A DNA stretch of 31,350 nt from Candidatus Micrarchaeia archaeon (GTDB lineage Archaea > Micrarchaeota > Micrarchaeia > Burarchaeales > JACRGF01). The stretch lies in NCBI GenBank assembly GCA_038870455.1, contig JAWCPB010000009.1:1-31350 (forward strand). Reading direction: 5' to 3'. The notes beneath the pieces are model-generated. The model was not told the origin of the DNA and ran no database searches. It was given only the letters and a program-made list of their open reading frames with translations. Below are positions 25,361 to 31,350 of the stretch, piece after piece. Numbering within the stretch: position 1 is the stretch's first letter; each line of letters starts with the position of its first letter. Position numbers and translations under genes: made by a program.

Positions 25361-26533
25361 ATGCGCGTCTTCCTGTCAGCCTGCGGCGAAGGGCTGGGGC
25401 ATTCCTCACGCACGCTCGCGCTCTACAACGAGCTCAAGGGCAGGGGGCACGATGTTGTTGCGGCGAGCTACGGCATGGCGTTGAAGAGGCTGCGGGCGGC
25501 CGGGGCCAGAACGATCCAGACGAGGCCCGAGGTGCTCATGACGGGAGCCGATGGTCGGTTCGACCTCGTGGGCTCGATCATCCGCTCGCGCGGCACTCCC
25601 CTTGACGTCGCCAAGGCCTTCCTGGCCGAGCGCGCCTTCATACGCTCATTCGACGCCGATGTCGTGGTGAGCGACGCGCGCTTTGCCACGGTGCTGGCCG
25701 CGTTTGCTCAGCACGTTCCTGTCTTCTACATCACAAACCAGACTCACTTCATCCTGACCGGGGCCGAGGAGAGGCAGAAGGGGCGCACGCTGCTGGCCAG
25801 GGTGTTCAGCGCGCAGGAGCTCGAGCGCTCCGTCCTGGAGAGCATCATAGAGGTTCCGCTCAGCCTGCCGTATCCTTTCGCGCAGGAGATCGTCATCCCC
25901 GACTTTCTCCCCCCGGATACCATTTGCGCGCCGCTGCTCTCCAACGACCCGCGCGTGCGCGGCAAGACGCGTTTCGTGGGCCCCCTGTCGGTTCTCGCCT
26001 CCCGCCCGCCTCCTGTTCATCGCCCATCAAAAACCCCGCGCGTGCTCGTCACGCTGGGTGGGCAGGCTTTCAGGGCCGGCGAGTTCGACCGCCTGCTGGG
26101 CGTGCTGAGGAGAATGACCGACTTCAATTTCACCGTGGTCAGCATTTTTGCGAAAAAGAGAGCGCGCGCGGGCAATGTGCGCGTGCGGCCTTTCGTGCGG
26201 GACATCTTTCCGCTCATGTCAGCCGCCGACCTGCTCGTCATGCCTGCCGGCCACAGCGCCATCATGGAATCCATACTGCTGTGCAAGCCGGCGCTGCTGC
26301 TTCCGGACGCGCAGTGGCCCGAGCAGGAGAGCAACGCCGTCGTGTACGAGCGGCTGGGGCTCGGCCTGCGCTCTTCCCCGCTGGAACTGCATCTGCTTCC
26401 CGCGAAGCTGCGGGAGCTGCGCGAGCGAAGAGAGGAGTTTGTCCCTCGCCTGCGCAGGCTTTCGCTCGAGGCGAGGGGCGCGCAGAACGGCGCGCGCAAC
26501 GCGGCAGAGCTGTGCGAGAGTGCGGCTACTTGA
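25361..26533 (+). CDS. GT-B glycosyltransferase (MJ1255/MurG-like GT28-related family)
   Basis: CGEGLGHSSR, DVVVSD, ITNQ, IPDF.PP..I, FVGP, LVTLGG, AGHSAIMES...KP and PEQESNA. Alternative start at 25352. Confidence 0.88.
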   Translation: MRVFLSACGEGLGHSSRTLALYNELKGRGHDVVAASYGMALKRLRAAGARTIQTRPEVLMTGADGRFDLVGSIIRSRGTPLDVAKAFLAERAFIRSFDADVVVSDARFATVLAAFAQHVPVFYITNQTHFILTGAEERQKGRTLLARVFSAQELERSVLESIIEVPLSLPYPFAQEIVIPDFLPPDTICAPLLSNDPRVRGKTRFVGPLSVLASRPPPVHRPSKTPRVLVTLGGQAFRAGEFDRLLGVLRRMTDFNFTVVSIFAKKRARAGNVRVRPFVRDIFPLMSAADLLVMPAGHSAIMESILLCKPALLLPDAQWPEQESNAVVYERLGLGLRSSPLELHLLPAKLRELRERREEFVPRLRRLSLEARGAQNGARNAAELCESAAT

Positions 26534-27530
26534 CTTCTATGCCTCCTCGGCCGATGGGCGCCTCGAGCACACGGAAGCCTTTTTTTTGCACGGCTTCTGC
26601 AACCTTCCGCTTGTTTTCCTCCTTAACGAGAATGAGCACGCTTCCTCCCACTCCTCCTTTGCCGGTCATCTTCTCTCCGAGCGAGCCGTTTTCCCTTGCC
26701 GCCGAAATCGCATCCTCAATTTCCGGGGTGGAGACGCCCGCGTTCCTGAGCAGCTCGTGGTTGTCCCGCAGCGCGTCACCGAGCGCGGCCGCATCGCCGT
26801 CTTTCCTGAGCTCGGCTACCACCGTGTCATAAACAGAAAGAAACGGCAGCACGATTTTTTCTCTCTCTTCCGGAGTCAGCTCTTCCGGTTTTTTGTTTAT
26901 TCCGTGCGCGGCAGCGAACTTGGCATACATCGTGGTGCGCGTGCTCCACTCCCCCCTCGCCGTGTCTATGAAAAGCAGCGTGGTGCCCAGCGGCAGCTCC
27001 ACCTCTTTCTTCTCGAATCCGAAGCGCAGCGGGGCAAAGCTCTTTCTGACCTTCACGGGCCCCTCAAGAATCGCCTTTGCATCCATTCCGCTGGGCGCCT
27101 TTCCGTGCGCCAGCCTGTCCGACTCCTGCGCGCACTGGAAGAGCTCATCCACTCCAGGCACGATCCCGAGCGCGCTGTACAGCGCTGCGGCAAATGCGAC
27201 CGCCAACGAGGTGCTCGCGCCCATTCCCCTGGGAGACTTTATGTCAAACCATGCGATGAGCGGCCGCGGGAGCGCCGCCTTTTTGCACGCCCTCGTCACG
27301 ACCTGGGCGTACGGCCTCATGATGCGCGAGCCCAAGAAGCTTCCGTTCGCATACGCGCTCGCCGTGCCGAGGCGCGATTCCATCTCCACGCGCAGCTCGC
27401 CCTGTCCCTCGCTGATGCTCACGGCATTCCGCACCTCAACGGGCACAACGAGCGAGGGCGCGCCGTACACCACAAAGTGCTCGCCCGTCAGGATGACGCG
27501 CGAGGGCGCGCTCGCAAGGATTTTTTCCAC
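26526..27530 (-). CDS. mvk: Mevalonate kinase-like GHMP kinase (divergent)
   Basis: SAPSRVILTGEHFVVYGAP, P.GMGASTS, AHG..PSGMD, NHELL...GVST and KMTGKGG.GG. GTG 27530 chosen from TATA spacing; TTG 27536 is the alternative. Confidence 0.8.
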   Translation of the reverse strand: MEKILASAPSRVILTGEHFVVYGAPSLVVPVEVRNAVSISEGQGELRVEMESRLGTASAYANGSFLGSRIMRPYAQVVTRACKKAALPRPLIAWFDIKSPRGMGASTSLAVAFAAALYSALGIVPGVDELFQCAQESDRLAHGKAPSGMDAKAILEGPVKVRKSFAPLRFGFEKKEVELPLGTTLLFIDTARGEWSTRTTMYAKFAAAHGINKKPEELTPEEREKIVLPFLSVYDTVVAELRKDGDAAALGDALRDNHELLRNAGVSTPEIEDAISAARENGSLGEKMTGKGGVGGSVLILVKEENKRKVAEAVQKKGFRVLEAPIGRGGIEVK

Positions 27531-27560
27531 GGGCAAGATTGTGCGCTTGGGGTTTTAAAC

Positions 27561-28307
27561 CTATTCGACATCAATGCGCGGCGCGAGGTAGTACACGAGC
27601 TCGGCGCCGTCGAGGCTGTACTCGACCTTGATGGGCGCGTTGCTCTTGAGGTGCAGCGTGAGCGGGCTGTCATCCGGGCAGGCTTTTGTGATGTTGCTGA
27701 GATAGGAGAGCGGGAAAGTCGCCTTCGCAGCCTTCTTTGCCTTTATCTCCTCTACCGCGCTGGCCGTCCGCTCGCTCTCCACGTGCAGGTCGCCGATGTC
27801 CCCGTGTGCATCAACGGCGAGCCCGTTCTCGCTGGCTGACAGCGTGAGGTGGGCCGACACGAGCTCGGCGTCGCGTAGTATTTCCTTGAATGGCCCGGCG
27901 CGCATTCTCACGCTCGCCTCGTGCTCAAGCTTGGGCTCCTTCTGCGAGCCTGCCGGGATGTCGATGAGCGGCACCTTGAACGCCCGCCTTCCCTCGGCGC
28001 CCGAAAACTCGAGCACGAGACGGTTCTCTTCGGTCTTCATGGTCAGCCTCTCGCCGGCTCTCGCGCGCGCCAGGAACTTGCTGAGGTTGGAAAAACTCAG
28101 CCCCAGCTTTGCCGGCGCATCGACGCGGTATTCAGCAAAGCTTTTCTTCGGGGCCGCAAAGCACACCATGGCGATCTGGCTGGGATCCATCGCCTTGAGG
28201 CTCACGCCGTCCTCCCTTATCTCGAGCGCACCCTCCTCGATGAGGCTGACGATGGCATCGACGCAGCTCTTCCAGAACCTCGCATCCTCGACAACGACCT
28301 CGACCAT
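27561..28307 (-). CDS. pcn: Proliferating cell nuclear antigen (sliding clamp)
   Basis: AIVSLIEEG, LKAMDPSQIAMV, FKVPLID, FKEILRDAELVS, ATFPLSYL and YYLAPRI. Start at ATG 28307. Confidence 0.97.
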   Translation of the reverse strand: MVEVVVEDARFWKSCVDAIVSLIEEGALEIREDGVSLKAMDPSQIAMVCFAAPKKSFAEYRVDAPAKLGLSFSNLSKFLARARAGERLTMKTEENRLVLEFSGAEGRRAFKVPLIDIPAGSQKEPKLEHEASVRMRAGPFKEILRDAELVSAHLTLSASENGLAVDAHGDIGDLHVESERTASAVEEIKAKKAAKATFPLSYLSNITKACPDDSPLTLHLKSNAPIKVEYSLDGAELVYYLAPRIDVE

Positions 28308-28350
28308 TTTTCCACCCACACAAAAAGATGAAGTGGTTGCTGCACGCATC

Positions 28351-28356
28351 TTTAAA
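28351..28356. promoter_or_regulatory. Probable TATA box in the pcn / radical SAM divergent spacer
   Basis: TTTAAA about 22 nt before GTG 28378. Confidence 0.5.
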
Positions 28357-28377
28357 TGCTTTATTTCATTTTCCTGC

Positions 28378-29085
28378 GTGGGCTTTGATCCGCTCGCGCT
28401 CGCGAAGGAAACGGAGAAAATCGTTGCAAGGAATGCCGAGCGCAAGTATTATCGCTTCAGGCCGGCCGGCTTCTACGGCGGCATCGCCACAGCAGACTGC
28501 GTGGGCTGCAACCTGCGATGCGTCTTCTGCTGGGCCTGGAACGTCGTGACGAAGCCGGAGAGGGCGGGGAAATTTTTCTCGCCAGAGGAAATTGCGGAAA
28601 AGCTCGCCGCCATCGCGCGGCGGGCCGGCTTCGCCCAGGTGAGGGTAAGCGGGAATGAGCCGACGATTGCCAGGCAGCATCTTCTCGCTCTGCTGGCCGC
28701 GCTTCCCGCCGACCTCAGGTTTATTCTCGAGACGAACGGCATCCTGCTCGGTGCCGATGCCGGCTATGCGGCCGCGCTCGCCGAGTTTCCCAACCTTCAC
28801 GTGCGCGTTTCGCTCAAGGGCGCGAGCGAGAAAGAGTTTGAGAGGCTGGTGGGCGCGGTTCCCGAAGCCTTCTCCCTCCAGCTCAAAGCACTGGAAAATC
28901 TTCAGCGCGCCGGCGTGAGCTTTCACCCCGCAGCCATGGCCTCTTTCTCTTCGAGCGCGAGCATGGCCGCCCTCACCGAAAGGCTGGCGGCCATCCACCC
29001 CTCTCTTCCGAGCCGGCTCGAGCTCGAAGAGGTGGCTGACTATGGAGGAGCGTTCGCGAGGCTCCGCGCGGCAGGCCTACTTTAA
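28378..29085 (+). CDS. Radical SAM protein (archaeal conserved family, function unknown)
   Basis: RKYYRFR...FYGGIATADCVGCNLRCVFCW (CxxxCxxC), RVSGNEPTI, FILETNGILLG and VRVSLKG. GTG start. Confidence 0.92.
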   Translation: MGFDPLALAKETEKIVARNAERKYYRFRPAGFYGGIATADCVGCNLRCVFCWAWNVVTKPERAGKFFSPEEIAEKLAAIARRAGFAQVRVSGNEPTIARQHLLALLAALPADLRFILETNGILLGADAGYAAALAEFPNLHVRVSLKGASEKEFERLVGAVPEAFSLQLKALENLQRAGVSFHPAAMASFSSSASMAALTERLAAIHPSLPSRLELEEVADYGGAFARLRAAGLL

Positions 29086-30141
29086 GATGGCGTCGCATCC
29101 CGGCGGGGCTCCGAGCATGCCTGAGAGGAGGAGCTTGAAGTATCCAAGATAGGGAGCGCGCGCTATGACGCGGCCCTTCGACCTGTCCGCGGCCACGGGC
29201 TCGTTCCCGACCTGCACATCGAACTGCGGGTTGTTGTCCCCTTTTGTGAAGTAATACGTTTTTCCATCGACCAGCGCGGCGGCCTGCACGCGGTGGATGA
29301 TGCTGCCCGAGCGCGCGAACGCGTCTGCCGGAAGCGGCTCGTACACGATGACGTCGTTCGCGGTTGAGACGGGAATGGTTTTGCCCGCGAGCACCACTCC
29401 CTTCGCACACGGAACCCTTTCCCTCCCTCCTGAGAACCTCTGCCTCTCGCACCACCCGCAGACGAAGGAACCGTTTTTTACCTCGGCGCGCGCGGCCGGG
29501 TCGAGCAGGCAAGGCCGCTCGCCCGCCGCATCAACGCATATCCCGCACAGCATGCGGAAGGCGTTGCCCGCAGCGAGCGCACTCCACGCCTCTTTCGGCA
29601 CGTTCGCAACAGGCGCGCTGACTTCCCCTCCATGCAGCAGCACGATGTCGCCCCTCTCCAGGGCCGGCAGCATGCTGCACGACACGACCGCGTCCAGGGG
29701 CGAGCTCGTGCCGAGCAGGAGGCTCAGCCCGAACCAAAGCGCGAGCGCGGTGGCGACCGCGACCACAACCTCCTTCGCCTCTTTTCCCCATCCCGTCGCG
29801 CCTTTTTTCAGCTCGGCGTTCACCACGCTCTCGGCGAGCAGCAGCGCGAACGCGGCCGCCGCCGCTGCGAGCGCGAACCCCTCGCTGAACGCACTTCCCT
29901 TGGAGAGGAACGCGAGGGCGAGGAGCAGGGCGATGGCGTAGTAGAACGCTTTCGTTTCGTGCGCTTTAAGAAGAAGCTGCGGCGCGGCGTCCCTCGTCCA
30001 CTTGACCAGGCCCGCGAGCGCCAGCGCGATGAACGCCGCAACGGCCGAGCGCGTGAAGAGGAAGAGCGCGGCGCAGAGAAAGATCGAGAATACAACAAAC
30101 GCGTTTCTTCCCATCCATGCCTGAATTCTCTCAAGCGGCAC
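29077..30141 (-). CDS. Signal peptidase I (S26, archaeal Ser-His type) with extra N-terminal TM helices and a Cys-rich insertion
   Basis: AVVSCSMLPALERGDIV (catalytic Ser), DVIVY, IIHRV (His), TKGDNN and GRVIARAPYLGY. Start at GTG 30141 or ATG 30114. Confidence 0.85.
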   Translation of the reverse strand: MPLERIQAWMGRNAFVVFSIFLCAALFLFTRSAVAAFIALALAGLVKWTRDAAPQLLLKAHETKAFYYAIALLLALAFLSKGSAFSEGFALAAAAAAFALLLAESVVNAELKKGATGWGKEAKEVVVAVATALALWFGLSLLLGTSSPLDAVVSCSMLPALERGDIVLLHGGEVSAPVANVPKEAWSALAAGNAFRMLCGICVDAAGERPCLLDPAARAEVKNGSFVCGWCERQRFSGGRERVPCAKGVVLAGKTIPVSTANDVIVYEPLPADAFARSGSIIHRVQAAALVDGKTYYFTKGDNNPQFDVQVGNEPVAADRSKGRVIARAPYLGYFKLLLSGMLGAPPGCDAILK

Positions 30142-30683
30142 TAAATCCTCCCCCTCGACTCTCCTCTCGTCACGCCAGAGGCGATGAGGTGGGCGAGGCG
30201 CAGCCCCTCGGCCCCGGCCTGCCGCAGCGCCTCCTTGGCCTCGCGCTCGCCCACGCCAGCGAACTGGCAGTAGAACCTTCCGATCCTGTGGATGCCTCCC
30301 GCGCGTTCGATGAGCGCCCACCGCCTCTTGAAGTCCCTGAATTTCCTCAGCGCGGTCTTCACGTTCGCCGTGTCCGGCTTTCTCCTGACGAGCGTGAGCA
30401 CGGGCACGCCCGTGGCGGCCGCCAGTTTCTTTATATCAACGATGTTGAAACCGGCCAGCGTGATCGAGTGCAGGAGAATGAGCCGCAGGCCTTCCTTGAA
30501 TCGGCTGTTGTTGGCGAGCGCGGCCAGCTTGGCGGTGGCGTCGCTGCCGTCCCTGCGCACGCGCGTGGCCAGCACTCCCTCGACAACCCCGCTGCGCCAC
30601 ACCACTCCCACCACGAGAACCTCCTTCTCGCCCCTGGTGAATGGCGCGTCGTCTATGGCCAGAACGCGCGCTCCCCGCTTCAT
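30141..30683 (-). CDS. DUF99 family protein (endonuclease V-like)
   Basis: RVLAIDDAPF, VVGVVWR...VEG, DGSDAT, ITLAGFNIVD and EGLRLAHLIASG. Usual neighbour of rpoL. Confidence 0.9.
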   Translation of the reverse strand: MKRGARVLAIDDAPFTRGEKEVLVVGVVWRSGVVEGVLATRVRRDGSDATAKLAALANNSRFKEGLRLILLHSITLAGFNIVDIKKLAAATGVPVLTLVRRKPDTANVKTALRKFRDFKRRWALIERAGGIHRIGRFYCQFAGVGEREAKEALRQAGAEGLRLAHLIASGVTRGESRGRI

Positions 30684-30689
30684 GTTCCT

Positions 30690-30962
30690 TCACTTTCCTT
30701 TTTTAAAAGCAGCCCTGAATTCCTCGAGCCTTTTGGCGAGCTTTTTAACTGCGTCCTTGAGCGCGGTGAGGGCCTTCTTCTTTCCCGTCCTGACTATCAG
30801 CTTCGGGCTCGCCATCTGCGGGTGCTCGGTCACGCACGCCGCAAACTCCACGTCGTCGTCCTCGAGCAGCGTCTCGCGTAGTGCGTGGGGAAACGTGACG
30901 TCCTCTCCCTCAAATTCAACCTCGATGTGCCTGTCTTCTTTTTTCAGGAAATGCAGCTTCAA
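30690..30962 (-). CDS. rpoL: DNA-directed RNA polymerase subunit L (Rpo11)
   Basis: IEVEFEGEDVTFPHALRETLL.DDDVEFAAC..EHP...PKLIVRT. TTG start at 30962 with a GAGGTGA SD at 30968-30974. Confidence 0.93.
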   Translation of the reverse strand: MKLHFLKKEDRHIEVEFEGEDVTFPHALRETLLEDDDVEFAACVTEHPQMASPKLIVRTGKKKALTALKDAVKKLAKRLEEFRAAFKKGK

Positions 30963-30969
30963 GGAAATC

Positions 30970-31350
30970 ACCTCATCAGAACCAACCGATGACTTCGTCG
31001 CTCGCACCTCGCTGTCGCGAGGCTCGCTCCTCGTCATATCGTTGGTTCCGATACCTCCATCAGAACCAACCGACGGCTTTTCCGTCAACGCTTTTGCCGG
31101 ATCGCCGGCAAAAGGGTTGTATCGTTGGTTCCGATACCTCCGAACCGCTCCGAACCCAGGGGGCACCTTCGGTTCCCCCTAGGTTTGAGGTTCCTCCGTA
31201 ACCCCCTCCCCACGAGGGGGGAAGGTCTAGGACGAAGGGGGGATACTTCCCCCTTTGTCTTCCGTCAACGCTTTTGCCGGATCGCCGGCAAAAGGGTTGT
31301 ATCGTTGGTTCCGATACCTCCGAACCGCGGAGGGGCTGCGCCCCTCCCCA
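30970..31350. repeat. Mosaic of repeated palindromic units and GC-rich hairpins (REP/BIME- or MITE-like), running off the window end
   Basis: TATCGTTGGTTCCGATACCTCC occurs three times (31037, 31120, 31300). CATCAGAACCAACCGA occurs twice (30974, 31058) and is the near reverse complement of the first motif. A 69-bp exact direct repeat spans 31080-31148 and 31260-31328. Several stem-loops are also present. Confidence 0.85.

Noticed and set aside
29440-29550. c-type heme-binding motifs in the signal peptidase insertion
   Set aside because: The motifs are CGICV and CGWCE, not CxxCH.
30975-31135. Canonical integron attC sites
   Set aside because: The arms (AACCAAC/GTTGGTT) do not match RYYYAAC/GTTRRRY exactly, there are no ORF cassettes between units, and no integrase is in view.
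30963-31166. 68-aa N-terminal extension of RpoL in the ORF track
   Set aside because: It is a translation of the palindromic repeats. Rpo11 homology and a strong SD point to TTG 30962.
30970-31350. CRISPR array
   Set aside because: There is only one full 37-nt repeat plus partial copies, the spacing is irregular, the 'spacers' are themselves hairpins and one is duplicated exactly, and no cas genes or AT-rich leader are visible in the window.
31329-31350. tRNA-like 3' end (hairpin followed by CCA)
   Set aside because: There is no cloverleaf or T-loop consensus, and the CCA simply coincides with the window edge.

Overview
GC-rich, gene-dense archaeal chromosome segment, most likely from a DPANN archaeon of the Micrarchaeota type. 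This assignment is an inference from archaeal information-processing genes, an unfused priL/priS pair and the overall gene style. From left to right the window holds: an exported FKBP lipoprotein, aRF1, a tandem-domain beta-carbonic anhydrase, a serine cluster (serS, serA, class V aminotransferase), a translin/Trax homolog, pyrH, DUF192 and a thermosome subunit. A long + strand operon follows, in which the non-oxidative pentose phosphate genes (rpe, split transketolase, transaldolase) run directly into what looks like a complete, clustered Thermoplasma-type lower mevalonate pathway (mevalonate 3-kinase, mevalonate-3-phosphate 5-kinase, mevalonate 3,5-bisphosphate decarboxylase, an IDI1-like Nudix protein, isopentenyl phosphate kinase). 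Next is the conserved archaeal replication/translation cluster (rpoL, DUF99, PCNA, priL, priS, GINS, L44e, S27e, aIF2-alpha, Nop10, PAC2). It is interrupted by an agmatinase, a glycosyltransferase, a divergent conventional mevalonate-kinase homolog, a radical SAM gene and a Cys-rich signal peptidase. The last ~380 bp are a non-coding mosaic of repeated palindromes and hairpins that continues past the window edge. Family assignments come from motifs read by eye and from recalled homolog sequences; no searches were run.
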